Shown here: positions 47,389 to 57,110 of the stretch, piece after piece
How positions within the stretch are numbered: position 1 is the stretch's first letter
How the letters are laid out: each line of letters begins with the position of its first letter
Assembly (NCBI GenBank): GCA_016861265.1
Contig: BOLA01000001.1
Location: 1,023,745 to 1,087,744, forward strand
DNA length: 64,000 nt
Direction of reading: 5' to 3'
From: Patescibacteria group bacterium
GTDB taxonomy: Bacteria; Patescibacteriota; Dojkabacteria; J137
Made by a program: the position numbers and the translations under genes
Notes under the pieces: generated by a model
Database searches by the model: none
Seen by the model: the letters and a program-made list of their open reading frames with translations, nothing else
Told to the model about the DNA's origin: nothing

Positions 47389-47530
47389 TTACGCTAAAGA
47401 AAATACTGCCAACTACAGATGCAGATATATTACCAATTTCACTTGCAGCATCGGGTAAAGTGTTGATTAATCCTGCATTGTATTCAGATCCAGATTTAAC
47501 ATTTTTAGTCTCGAGGTTTTCAGTTGACAT
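47366..47530 (-). CDS. possible small membrane protein (54 aa), unannotated
   Basis: ATG 47530 ... MSTENLETKNVKSGSEYNAGLINTLPDAASEIGNISASVVGSIFFSVIGAGILF with a hydrophobic C-terminal half. Its stop overlaps the start region of the downstream 125-aa ORF. Confidence 0.25.
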   Translation of the reverse strand: MSTENLETKNVKSGSEYNAGLINTLPDAASEIGNISASVVGSIFFSVIGAGILF

Positions 47531-47596
47531 AGTAAGTTGATAATATATTTAAGACATTTTAAAATTATGTTATGAAAATTACAATAAAACCACTTC

Positions 47597-48361
47597 ATGA
47601 ATGAATTCCAATCCAAACAAATAATTGTCAATAATCATTTAGTTAATTACTATAGTTCAATTGTCCCTAATTCAGACTACAATATAATCTTTATACACGG
47701 ATGGCTTTCAAACTCAAAAGTCTGGTTTCATTTAATGCATGCACTAAATAAAATAGGATTAACCTCTTATGCTTTAGACTTACCCGGATTTGGTGATTCA
47801 CAAATTCCCAATATTTCTGTAGATAATAATTTTTACGCAAGAACTGTTGAAGAATTTATTAATAAGTTAAATTTAAGGAATGTAATTTTAGTTGGGCACT
47901 CAAATGGAGGAGCTATTGCTGTTAAGCTTCAAGTACAAAGCAATGTTTGTAAAAAGATAGCATTAATTGATTCTGCTGGTATAAGAAGACGTACTTTTTC
48001 GAAGATAGCTAAAAATACTCTAGCTAAGGTGCTAAAGCCCGTATTTAAATTACCCTTACTAAAAAATCTAAGGAAAAAGATTTACACCGAAATGGGTGCG
48101 GAAGATTATATAAATTCTGAATATCTGCAAAAGACTTACAATAATGTTATAAGTGAAGATATTAGCGGACTTTATAAATATATCGAAATACCTACTCTAA
48201 TAATTTGGGGTAATCAAGATAAAGCAACTCCTGTAAGCTATGCACATTTTATTAACGAAAATATTAAAAATTCCGAATTAAAGCTAATAGATGCAGGCCA
48301 CTTTCCTTTTGTAGATAAACCGGATTTGGTAATAAATTATTTAATAAATTTTATAAAATGA
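47597..48361 (+). CDS. alpha/beta-fold hydrolase
   Basis: IIFIHGWLSN... and the nucleophile elbow VGHSNGGA. Confidence 0.7.
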   Translation: MNEFQSKQIIVNNHLVNYYSSIVPNSDYNIIFIHGWLSNSKVWFHLMHALNKIGLTSYALDLPGFGDSQIPNISVDNNFYARTVEEFINKLNLRNVILVGHSNGGAIAVKLQVQSNVCKKIALIDSAGIRRRTFSKIAKNTLAKVLKPVFKLPLLKNLRKKIYTEMGAEDYINSEYLQKTYNNVISEDISGLYKYIEIPTLIIWGNQDKATPVSYAHFINENIKNSELKLIDAGHFPFVDKPDLVINYLINFIK

Positions 48362-49107
48362 ATATATTCGAAGACAGCATTAATTTATTAAAGGGAGCTG
48401 CCTTTAGTAATATTCAGGTGGAAGATTCCTTTATTTTTCTTGAAAGCCCCGCGATCTTTAGTGAGTACATTGTACCTCTAACTTTTCTAGATAAATTTGA
48501 CACTGCCTATGCAGATGATATTTTTAACATTGAGCTAGAGAAGGAAAAGAATATTTCATACTATATTAGACAAACTCTTGTAGACGATTATTATGAATAC
48601 CTTAAAGGCTTAAAATTAAGTCAGGATTACATTGATTCCTATATGGTCTTAACTCCAGTGGACCTCCTTGATTTTGATGATAAGAACACCTCATTAATTG
48701 AAGTTACTGAGGAAAATTTTGATGCGTTTAAAGCGACTGCTCTTGAAATATTTGCTAGTTGGAGCAACGAGGAAGACTATGTAGACTACTTTAGTAATTT
48801 AAGTAAAACGAATACAGAAACCAGAATGTTTAAGGATTATATATTGGAATATAACGGTGCGATTGTAAGTATTGCTTCTGTAATCTTAGATAAAGATCTT
48901 AATATAGCTTATATACATAACGCGGGTACTGTAGAAGAATTCAGGCGTAACGGATACTTTAATATAATAAACAGCTTTATAATTAATAAATCATTGCAGC
49001 AAGGTGTCTCAAGAATATACTCTATTACAGAAAAGGATGGGGAATCTTATAATGCATATAAGAATTTGGGCTTTAAAGAACAGGATTCATATTACTCCTT
49101 TAGTTAA
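48358..49107 (+). CDS. hypothetical protein with GNAT-like C-terminal half
   Basis: ...YIHNAGTVEEFRRNGYFNIINSFII... resembles the acetyl-CoA-binding Q/RxxGxG/A region. Its start overlaps the upstream stop. Confidence 0.4.
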   Translation: MNIFEDSINLLKGAAFSNIQVEDSFIFLESPAIFSEYIVPLTFLDKFDTAYADDIFNIELEKEKNISYYIRQTLVDDYYEYLKGLKLSQDYIDSYMVLTPVDLLDFDDKNTSLIEVTEENFDAFKATALEIFASWSNEEDYVDYFSNLSKTNTETRMFKDYILEYNGAIVSIASVILDKDLNIAYIHNAGTVEEFRRNGYFNIINSFIINKSLQQGVSRIYSITEKDGESYNAYKNLGFKEQDSYYSFS

Positions 49108-49115
49108 ATTAAATT

Positions 49116-50579
49116 ATGAAATTTTTACCTCACAAAATTGTCTTTTACCAGTTATATATTTTTCAATTAGAAGAATACGATTCCAAAAGGTTTATAACGG
49201 CATTATCTAAAAAAGGTCTTTTCCCAAGCAATAGTTTAAGAAAAAAAGCAATCTTTACGAAAAAAGCAATTTTACTGGTTGCCTTAAATTTTATTCAAAA
49301 ACTAATCGTTCTTTTTGCTCTTGGTTTTTTACTTCACACAGTTTTCAATAATATATTCATATTAGCTATTACTCTATTAATTATATTTTATATTTTTGAT
49401 ATATTTTCCTTCGTTTTTCTAATACAAGCGAAAGATTTACTTTCTCCGATTGACTACTACACAAAAAAGCAGATGATTAAAAAAGCAAAGGCCAAGCTTT
49501 TATTATTACCTGATTTAAAGATTATCGGTATTACAGGTAGCTATGGTAAGACCACAATGAAGGAAACCTTATACGATTTTCTTAAGGAAGAATATAATGT
49601 GGTTAAAACCGAAGGTAATAATAATACTCCTTTAGGTATTTCCCGTACAATCCTAAACAAGCTTACAAAGAATACAGATATATTTATAGTAGAAATGGGT
49701 GAATACGTAAAAGGTGATGTAAAAGCACTATGCGAGATCGCACAACCCGATATCTCAGTAATAACCGGAATTAATGAAGCACACTTAGAACGTTACCTTA
49801 CAATGGAAAATGCAATTTCTACTAAATTTGAAATTGTAGAGTATGCAAAACCCGAAGCGTTTGTATTACTAAATGCCGATGATCAACTAACAATCGATAA
49901 CTATAAAAAATATATTAAAGGTAATAAGGTTGGGTTCTTTTCATCACATAATAATTCAATGAGCGATTATAAAATCTCAAACTATGAATTTGATCAGAAT
50001 GGAAACGGACAATCCTTCAAATTGAGTTTGGGTCAAGAAGAATTGGGAACCATAAAAACTACAATTTTGGGGGAATACATAATTGGCAACATTATTGCAG
50101 GCTACATCCTTGGTAAGCATTTTAATATCTCGGATAGTAAACTAAAATACGCTGCAAACAATCTAAAGGGTGTAGAACATAGACTCCAGCCAATATATAA
50201 CAATCAAAGCAATATACTTGTTATTGATGATACTTATAACGGGAACTCGGATGGCTTTAAAGAAGGAATAAATATGTTGAATAAATTTAAACAGCGAAGA
50301 AAGGTCTATGTTACACCAGGTCTTGTAGAAACGGGAGATCTGGCTGAACAATTACATCTAGAAATTGGAAAAAACTTATCTAATGTTGCAGACTTAGTAA
50401 TTCTAGTTAAGAATAGTGTTACAGGATTTATTGCAAAAGGTTTGATTGATAATGGTTTCAGCGAAGATAAAATTGTGTGGTATGATAATTCTAAGAACGT
50501 CTGGGAAGAATTAAATAATAATATAAAAAGCGGAGACGTTGTCATGCTTCAAAACGATTGGAGCGATAATTACTATTAA
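49116..50579 (+). CDS. murF: UDP-N-acetylmuramoyl-tripeptide--D-alanyl-D-alanine ligase
   Basis: Mur-ligase P-loop IGITGSYGKTTMKE and overall Mur-ligase length and architecture. Confidence 0.8.
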   Translation: MKFLPHKIVFYQLYIFQLEEYDSKRFITALSKKGLFPSNSLRKKAIFTKKAILLVALNFIQKLIVLFALGFLLHTVFNNIFILAITLLIIFYIFDIFSFVFLIQAKDLLSPIDYYTKKQMIKKAKAKLLLLPDLKIIGITGSYGKTTMKETLYDFLKEEYNVVKTEGNNNTPLGISRTILNKLTKNTDIFIVEMGEYVKGDVKALCEIAQPDISVITGINEAHLERYLTMENAISTKFEIVEYAKPEAFVLLNADDQLTIDNYKKYIKGNKVGFFSSHNNSMSDYKISNYEFDQNGNGQSFKLSLGQEELGTIKTTILGEYIIGNIIAGYILGKHFNISDSKLKYAANNLKGVEHRLQPIYNNQSNILVIDDTYNGNSDGFKEGINMLNKFKQRRKVYVTPGLVETGDLAEQLHLEIGKNLSNVADLVILVKNSVTGFIAKGLIDNGFSEDKIVWYDNSKNVWEELNNNIKSGDVVMLQNDWSDNYY

Positions 50580-50586
50580 TAAATTT

Positions 50587-51753
50587 ATGAATATAGCAGT
50601 TTTTTTTGGAGGAAGAAATACAGAACACGATGTTTCAATCATTACGGGAGAGCTAGTAATATCCGGACTAAAAGGCCTGGGACATACAGTCTATCCTGTT
50701 TACATATCCAAGGAGGGTAAGTGGTATATCTCCGAGAAAATGGATAATGTAGAATTCTTTAAGAATCCAAATCTAAAACTTGAAGGCGAAGTAAATTTAA
50801 ATTTATCGCAAAATCTAAATGGATCAGTTGTTCTTAAGACAGGGGGATTATTTAATTCAAAGCAATATGTAATAGATTTAGCTTTCCCCGCACTTCACGG
50901 TAAAAATGGTGAAGATGGTACAATTCAAGGTTTGTTTGAATTGTTGAATATTCCCTATGTTGGTTGTGATGTTGTTTCCAGTGCAATTTCAATGGATAAG
51001 GCTTTAACAAAACTGTTCTATCAAAGATTTAACTTTCCAACAACTAAATTTGTTACTCTAGACACAAATATCTGGGAAAAAGAAAAAGATTTAGTCCTAA
51101 AAGATATTAAAACAAATTTAACATGGCCAGTATTTGTTAAACCAGCTAGACTGGGTTCTTCTATAGGCATGACAAAAGTTAAGTCAGAGGACGATCTTGA
51201 ATTTGCTATAGAAGTCGCTCTTCATTACGATACAAAAGTATTAGTTGAAGAAAGCGTTGAGGATTTAATGGATATTACAGTTGCCTTAATAGGTAACGAA
51301 GAACCTACATATTCACTTATACAGGAATCTGCTTATTCAAAGGACTTCTTTTCCTATGAGGATAAATATTTGAACGAAGGTGGTGCTCAATTAGGAAATG
51401 CAGAAAAAAGCATTGTAATTCCCGCTAGGTTAGACGAAAAGACAACAAAGGAGATACAAGAAATGGCTAAGGAAATTTATAAGTTATTAGGGCTGTCTGG
51501 AATTGCAAGAGTTGATTTTCTCTACAGCAAAACCTATAAAAAGTTCTATGCCAACGAGGTTAATACCATGCCAGGAACAATATATCATCACTTATGGAAG
51601 AAAAGTGGAGTTGAACTTCCAGAGCTATTAAAAACATTAGTAGACTTAGCAATTTCAAAAAAACAAAAGGAAAATAAGCTCACTTTCACATTTGAATCTG
51701 CTATTCTAAAGAAGGCTAATTCAAACAAACTACAGCTAAAAGGACAAAATTAA
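50587..51753 (+). CDS. ddl: D-alanine--D-alanine ligase
   Basis: MNIAVFFGGRNTEHDVS...LHGKNGEDGTIQGLFELLNIPYVGCDV... and an ATP-grasp C-terminus. The ATG at 50587 is preferred over the track start at 50539, which overlaps murF by 41 nt. Confidence 0.85.
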   Translation: MNIAVFFGGRNTEHDVSIITGELVISGLKGLGHTVYPVYISKEGKWYISEKMDNVEFFKNPNLKLEGEVNLNLSQNLNGSVVLKTGGLFNSKQYVIDLAFPALHGKNGEDGTIQGLFELLNIPYVGCDVVSSAISMDKALTKLFYQRFNFPTTKFVTLDTNIWEKEKDLVLKDIKTNLTWPVFVKPARLGSSIGMTKVKSEDDLEFAIEVALHYDTKVLVEESVEDLMDITVALIGNEEPTYSLIQESAYSKDFFSYEDKYLNEGGAQLGNAEKSIVIPARLDEKTTKEIQEMAKEIYKLLGLSGIARVDFLYSKTYKKFYANEVNTMPGTIYHHLWKKSGVELPELLKTLVDLAISKKQKENKLTFTFESAILKKANSNKLQLKGQN

Positions 51754-51819
51754 TCTAAATCCTTGCATTCTTTGTACACTTAAATATACTAGATATTAGT
51801 ATTATTTATTTATATACCT

Positions 51820-53610
51820 ATGCAAAGATTGTTAGAAAAGATTAATGCCCATCCAAGGGCTACACTTATTGCGGTCGGAACAACTGTTTTCGGAGCCGCC
51901 GCATTAGTTATTTTACTTATGTTCCTTTCGTTAAGAGAGAGTGTTGTTAACCCCACTGTAACTCCAGAAGAGGAAAAAATGGTTTTATCCGAGGTTATAA
52001 AGAACAATCCAAGTGGAGTTATTAATAATCCAGGTAATTCAAGCACACCGATGCCTTCACCTAACCCTACACCTGTGCCAACACCAAACCCTACACCAGG
52101 TGTAGTGAATCCGAATCCTGAGACTCCTCAGCCAGAACAACCAGTGGCCCCAAATATAAATGAGTATAACTATAGAGTTACTAGGGTTACTAACCAAAGA
52201 GGTCCATCCTTTGATGCATGCCAAATGTATTATGGCGGAGGTTATGGTTATGGACCGGATGTAACAGAAAGCGATTCAGTATCTGAATATTATGAATATT
52301 TTGAAAGATACGTGAGCATTTATAAGAATCAAACAAAAGAAGATAATAAATTATCCTCTTACTACTTAAGCAAGTATGGAAGAAATGTTAATTCAACAAC
52401 ATATTACCTAGGAGGTAGTTATGCTGTAGAGAATTCTTATAAACCGTATGATCAATTTGATAATCAGCAAGACACTCAAGTTGTCTCTTACCCTACTTAT
52501 ACTGCTGACGAATATATTAAGTTATATTTTGGTTCCAATGCATCTGTTACAGGTGTTGAAACTGATTCAAATGGAGTTAAACACTATACAATAAGAAGCA
52601 GTTATACTTCTTATTGTGATCCGTCTTACGAGCAATACCTAGTTAGTGATGTAGTTCCACCGGCTTTAAGAACTATTTATTCAGTTTATAGAGTTAACGG
52701 TCAAACCTTCTCAATAGAACAAATAAAGACTTACATTGATGAAGTAAAAGATGCGAATTTAATTAAGGTATCAACTACAGAATCAACAAGATCTAAGGTA
52801 ACTTACACTCAAGTAGAGGCTCAGTTTAGGATTGCTTCTAATGTTCCGATAACAAAAAATGATTATAGTCATATTACATATAACTACGATCCTCTAAAAT
52901 CAATTAGGGATAATCTAACGTATCTTGCCATGATAAATGACGATATTTTATTACCATCTTCTACAGAAGGCCTTACAAATTTATGGGTAGATGGTTATGT
53001 GGATGCTAATTATGTAAATTCCACAGAATTCTATCAGGATAGAGACTTTTTCCCTGACTCTGACTGGGGAGATGAATTATATGCAAGATATAATACATCT
53101 GCTAATTATGTTAATAAGACATTGTATTCGATATCAATAACTCCTGAGTATGGTAAATACTACTCTATTTCTGCATATAAAGATGATCAACTATTTGATG
53201 ATATTATTTCAGAATTAATGAAGGGTACTGCTACTTCTAAGAGTATTGAAGATATTACAATAAATGTATCGGGTTTACCTGTAGAAGGTAAGAAGATTTC
53301 TAAAGTATTTACATATAAATTCCCAACATCCTACGGTGTATCTTACCCTGTATCTTATAGCTCAGATTCAAATACTAATTATTTTACTAACTATGTATTT
53401 GAGTACAATGGGAGAGTTTATGGCGTAAGCTACTATAGTTACAACCAACAAATGGATTTAGATATGAATGAATATAGTATTTATCCACTAACAACAGAAC
53501 TTGAAGCAGAAACAATGAGGAATTTGTTAACAGATATGTGGTCTAGGTATTTACAAATAGTAAATCCTGTTAGCTACCCTACGAGTTTTCCAGTAAGTTA
53601 TTCTTACTAA
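51820..53610 (+). CDS. secreted or membrane-anchored Pro/Thr-rich, Tyr-rich protein with C-terminal (V)SYP(V/T)S(Y/F) repeats
   Basis: Signal anchor AVGTTVFGAAALVILLMFLSL. Linker PSPNPTPVPTPNPTPGVVNPNPETPQPEQPVAPN. Repeats SYGVSYPVSYSS and VSYPTSFPVSYSY near the C-terminus. Confidence 0.55.
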   Translation: MQRLLEKINAHPRATLIAVGTTVFGAAALVILLMFLSLRESVVNPTVTPEEEKMVLSEVIKNNPSGVINNPGNSSTPMPSPNPTPVPTPNPTPGVVNPNPETPQPEQPVAPNINEYNYRVTRVTNQRGPSFDACQMYYGGGYGYGPDVTESDSVSEYYEYFERYVSIYKNQTKEDNKLSSYYLSKYGRNVNSTTYYLGGSYAVENSYKPYDQFDNQQDTQVVSYPTYTADEYIKLYFGSNASVTGVETDSNGVKHYTIRSSYTSYCDPSYEQYLVSDVVPPALRTIYSVYRVNGQTFSIEQIKTYIDEVKDANLIKVSTTESTRSKVTYTQVEAQFRIASNVPITKNDYSHITYNYDPLKSIRDNLTYLAMINDDILLPSSTEGLTNLWVDGYVDANYVNSTEFYQDRDFFPDSDWGDELYARYNTSANYVNKTLYSISITPEYGKYYSISAYKDDQLFDDIISELMKGTATSKSIEDITINVSGLPVEGKKISKVFTYKFPTSYGVSYPVSYSSDSNTNYFTNYVFEYNGRVYGVSYYSYNQQMDLDMNEYSIYPLTTELEAETMRNLLTDMWSRYLQIVNPVSYPTSFPVSYSY

Positions 53611-53617
53611 TTAAATA

Positions 53618-53652
53618 GCACGTAATACAGCGGGCCTCGTAAAGAGGCCCGC
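53618..53652. terminator. bidirectional rho-independent terminator between convergent genes
   Basis: gcgggcctc-gtaaa-gaggcccgc followed by tttgtttgtt; an A-run lies upstream. Confidence 0.7.
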
Positions 53653-53673
53653 TTTGTTTGTTATATTATTTTA

Positions 53674-54588
53674 TTATCTTTCTAGTTCTGTAACTATATC
53701 TCTTAATTCTGCAGCCTTCTCAAATTCCAGCATATCTGCAAATAGCTGCATTTGGAATTTTATTTCTTTTAAGAGCTTCTTCTGATCCGATTTACTCATT
53801 GCTCTAAATCCTTCAGCTTTTTTAACAATATCTTGTTCTTTTTCCTCATCGGACATATTTTCATTAGATTGTTCTGAGAATGCCGAAAGCTGATCTTTTA
53901 TTTCTTTGACTATAGTTCTAGGAGTTATTCCATGAGCCTTATTAAACTCATCTTGTATTTTTCGTCTTCTACGTGTCTCTTCAATCGCGAATTGCATCGA
54001 ATCTGTGATCTTATCGGCATACATTATTACTCGACCTTCCTGGTGCCTTGCAGCTCTACCAATAACCTGAATTAAGCTGGTCCTTGACCTTAGAAAACCT
54101 TCTTTGTCTGCATCTAAAATTGCTACTAAGGATACCTCCGGTAAGTCTAATCCTTCCCTTAATAAGTTTATGCCAACTAATACATCGTAAACTCCTAGTC
54201 TTAAGTCTTTTAGAATTCGCACTCTTTCCATTGAATCGATGTCGGAGTGTAGGTACTTAGCCTTAATTCCCTTCTCAGTTAAGTAATCGGAAAGCTCCTC
54301 GGACATTCTTTTTGTTAGTGTTGTAACTAGTACTCTTTGTTTCTTTTCTACTGTTTTATCAATTTCATCTATTAGATTAGGTACTTGAGGTTGTGACCAA
54401 GAAGATTCATTCAATATTGGCATCTCAGTAAAACCCTTTTCTATAAGGTTTTTCTTTAGGTTCTCGAAGGTTTCAGGTAACGATGGTCTTACTTCTACTA
54501 TAGGATCCAAAAGACCTGTCGGTCTAATTATTTGGTAGACAATTCCATTGTAGTCTTTTGGTAGTGTACTCATGCCTAATTTTAACAT
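53674..54588 (-). CDS. uvrB: UvrB C-terminal half only (helicase domain 3 + UvrC-interacting UVR domain); N-terminal ~410 aa absent
   Basis: [17 protein letters not shown]...[27 protein letters not shown]...VIGRAARH... and the C-terminal UVR helix-hairpin ...[24 protein letters not shown]. The dcd stop is only 27 nt upstream, so there is no room for the Walker-A N-terminal half. Confidence 0.7.
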   Translation of the reverse strand: MLKLGMSTLPKDYNGIVYQIIRPTGLLDPIVEVRPSLPETFENLKKNLIEKGFTEMPILNESSWSQPQVPNLIDEIDKTVEKKQRVLVTTLTKRMSEELSDYLTEKGIKAKYLHSDIDSMERVRILKDLRLGVYDVLVGINLLREGLDLPEVSLVAILDADKEGFLRSRTSLIQVIGRAARHQEGRVIMYADKITDSMQFAIEETRRRRKIQDEFNKAHGITPRTIVKEIKDQLSAFSEQSNENMSDEEKEQDIVKKAEGFRAMSKSDQKKLLKEIKFQMQLFADMLEFEKAAELRDIVTELER

Positions 54589-54615
54589 TAAATGTCTACC
54601 CTAATAGGTATACTG

Positions 54616-55179
54616 TTAACGTTTTTTGTTAGATTTTTTACTTTCAATATCTTTAAATACTCTGCTGCCAACAGTATCTTTTTGTCCTTGATATTTACCT
54701 ACATAAGGACTCTCGGCATGGTCATCCATAAAACAGAATACAAACTGACAAATTCGTCTATTTTTCTCTAAGATTATTGGAAGAGAATTAGCATTGTAAA
54801 GTTCCAATGTAACCTTTCCCTTAAAACCTGGATCTACCCAACCTGCATTTTGAATAAACAGGCCCATTCTACCTATTGAACTTCTTCCTTCAACAAATGC
54901 GGTAATGTTATCCGGTAATTCAATATACTCTACTGTTGTAGCTAGTATAAAACTATGAGCGGGTATTGTTATGGAGTCCTTAACTACTTTTCTGTAAATA
55001 ATTTCATCACTCATACTAATTGCACTCATAGCAGAGCTGTCAATTTCTAAGAATGTATCTCCTAACCTACAATCAATAGATGCTGGTTGAATTGATTGTT
55101 CGTTTATTGGATCTACAACTAAGTCACCTGATTTTATGAGTTTCTTTAAAGTTTTATCTGAAATAATCATACTAAACAA
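54616..55179 (-). CDS. dcd: dCTP deaminase
   Basis: ...SIQPASIDCRLGDTF...GRSSIGRMGLFIQNAGWVDPGFKGKVTLELYN... matches the Dcd/dUTPase-fold signature. Confidence 0.85.
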   Translation of the reverse strand: MFSMIISDKTLKKLIKSGDLVVDPINEQSIQPASIDCRLGDTFLEIDSSAMSAISMSDEIIYRKVVKDSITIPAHSFILATTVEYIELPDNITAFVEGRSSIGRMGLFIQNAGWVDPGFKGKVTLELYNANSLPIILEKNRRICQFVFCFMDDHAESPYVGKYQGQKDTVGSRVFKDIESKKSNKKR

Positions 55180-55186
55180 ATAATAA

Positions 55187-57013
55187 TTATGTTCTATCCC
55201 TGAATGCTACCGGATCGTTGTAATCGAATTCAGCAATTTGAGCATACAGTCCTGCCAAGGAAGGATCGGTTTCTAGGGTATCAATCATTTTTGCAACAAT
55301 GTCGGCGTTTGATTGATCGTTGCCCGGTGTGCTTCTCTGATCAAGAAAATAATCTAAATGTGCAGGTGAAGCACTTAGGTGCATTCGGGTATTATGCCCT
55401 AAAGGCAGTAATTTTCGTATTAAATGCAAATCGGTATTAGGAAATCTCTGTCTTAGGAAGTTATAAAAATCCATGACTCTTGTATAGTAAATATTGGCAT
55501 CTGCGGCCCATTCTGCCCTAAGATGCTGTAATCCTGTAGTTTCAACTATCTTAGAACTCATATTAAATCCTTCACTAATCATAGCTTCGTAGTCTACCTG
55601 ACCGTCGTGTGCATAATCAATTTGAGAAAGGAATGCTATATCTTGTCTTCCAAATGTTCTATGTCTGTTTAAATCTCTTAATTGTGCAATAGCTGTATTC
55701 AAAACAAATATTCTATCGCCTCTAATATCACCTAGATTCCCCATTTTCTCGTGTCTAGTGTGGCCTTTAAATACAATAATACTAAGAGCTCTAATTTGAT
55801 TAGCGTCCAGACAACCTAACCATTCCAAAACTACTTCTTCAGTTAGTCTAGGGTATGCTACTAGTATATATTGCATTATGGTTAATATTCCTACCGAAGT
55901 TTTATCTATTACGCTTACTTGAGTTTCTCTTACATAGTATGCAGGACCCATTTTGGTACTTTCAAGTAGATCGCTAAAGCCAGGCATTTCAATTATGGCA
56001 GTCTTTAGTTCAGCGATATTTTCCCTGATCCTAAAGGTAGGTTCGGTGTGCTTAATTAGTGGTTCAAGATTAGCATTTACATCTTTTCCTTCTTCGGTGT
56101 TGCTTAGAGATAGTGCTGCTTTTATTTGTTTTGCTAATTCAATGTACTCTTCTTCTCCAGTTTCTTGAAGAATCTTAATATAGTTATTCCATATTCTTAA
56201 ATTACCAAGTAAACACATTGAAGTTGTTGCCCCCATAGGAATCCAGCTTCGAACAACATCAAGTATTCTTGCTTTTAAAGTGCTATCTTCAATTGGACTA
56301 TCACCTTCCTCGAATTGAGCTTTGTAACCTTCTTCAATTAGTGCATACCACTTCTTATAATTATTTTCGGCTAATTGAAGAATGTCTAACCATTCCTGTT
56401 GAATATGCTCTAAGTCTTCTCTTGCCTCTTGGGGAATTGCAGATAAATCTAAAAAGCCTTCAATTTTAGGGAAATTCATTCTGGAAAACTTTACATATCT
56501 ACTTGAGCTTTCCTGGCCGTCTCCATACCATAATCTATTAAATATCCAGTATGCCTGTTCCAAGGGAATATTATTAAAGAACAGGAATACAGGAATCATT
56601 CCTAGTATTGACTGATGTCCGTAATTTAATCCAAATTCCTTAATCTTTTCAGCAGCAGCTGCAGGATCCATTTTTACAAGCTCTAAAACTTCATCAAATA
56701 TTTCTTCGTATGATTTTCTAGTTCTAGAAGTTCTAGCACCCGACCAAGCGGAGAAAATATGTTTATCTATACCTCCTTCGGACTTAGGTTCGCTAAAAGG
56801 GAAAAAAGATACAATCGGTTTTGTGTCGTCTGGTTCACCATCTTGATCTATTCGTTTGACTTGATATAAAAGGTTTCTTTCTTCGCCATCTATATTTCGT
56901 GTTACAACATCAATTGCATAAGGGTACTCTTGTGGAGTTTGTTCATCGAGAGTTAAGACCTTGTCGGCCATAGCTTGGAAGAATAAAAGGTATCTGACTA
57001 TTCTAAAGCTCAA
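55187..57013 (-). CDS. hypothetical 608-aa protein; C-terminal ~200 aa weakly resembles flavin-dependent thymidylate synthase (ThyX)
   Basis: NRHRTFGRQD... (RHR motif region) and LLPLGHNTRMHLSASPAHLDYFLDQR aligned to ThyX ...LPLxxxTRxxxxxNARSLxxFLxLR.... Its start is 8 nt upstream of the dcd stop, so co-transcription is likely. The ThyX assignment is tentative. Confidence 0.3.
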   Translation of the reverse strand: MSFRIVRYLLFFQAMADKVLTLDEQTPQEYPYAIDVVTRNIDGEERNLLYQVKRIDQDGEPDDTKPIVSFFPFSEPKSEGGIDKHIFSAWSGARTSRTRKSYEEIFDEVLELVKMDPAAAAEKIKEFGLNYGHQSILGMIPVFLFFNNIPLEQAYWIFNRLWYGDGQESSSRYVKFSRMNFPKIEGFLDLSAIPQEAREDLEHIQQEWLDILQLAENNYKKWYALIEEGYKAQFEEGDSPIEDSTLKARILDVVRSWIPMGATTSMCLLGNLRIWNNYIKILQETGEEEYIELAKQIKAALSLSNTEEGKDVNANLEPLIKHTEPTFRIRENIAELKTAIIEMPGFSDLLESTKMGPAYYVRETQVSVIDKTSVGILTIMQYILVAYPRLTEEVVLEWLGCLDANQIRALSIIVFKGHTRHEKMGNLGDIRGDRIFVLNTAIAQLRDLNRHRTFGRQDIAFLSQIDYAHDGQVDYEAMISEGFNMSSKIVETTGLQHLRAEWAADANIYYTRVMDFYNFLRQRFPNTDLHLIRKLLPLGHNTRMHLSASPAHLDYFLDQRSTPGNDQSNADIVAKMIDTLETDPSLAGLYAQIAEFDYNDPVAFRDRT

Positions 57014-57110
57014 ATTTAAAAACTGTCAAATTATTCCGGAATGTTTTTACAAAATGCTTGCTTGTAAAGTAAAATGAATATGTAGGTATTTTACTTGTTA
57101 GTTTCTTACT

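Noticed and set aside
50539-50586. Track start of ddl 41 nt inside murF
   Set aside because: The ATG at 50587 gives the canonical Ddl N-terminus (MNIAVFFGG...) 8 nt after the murF stop. The longer start just adds non-conserved residues.
52020-52140. Repetitive cc(t/a)ac(a/c)cc-type nucleotide periodicity
   Set aside because: This is an in-frame Pro-Thr/Pro-Asn linker (PSPNPTPVPTPNPTP), i.e. coding low complexity.
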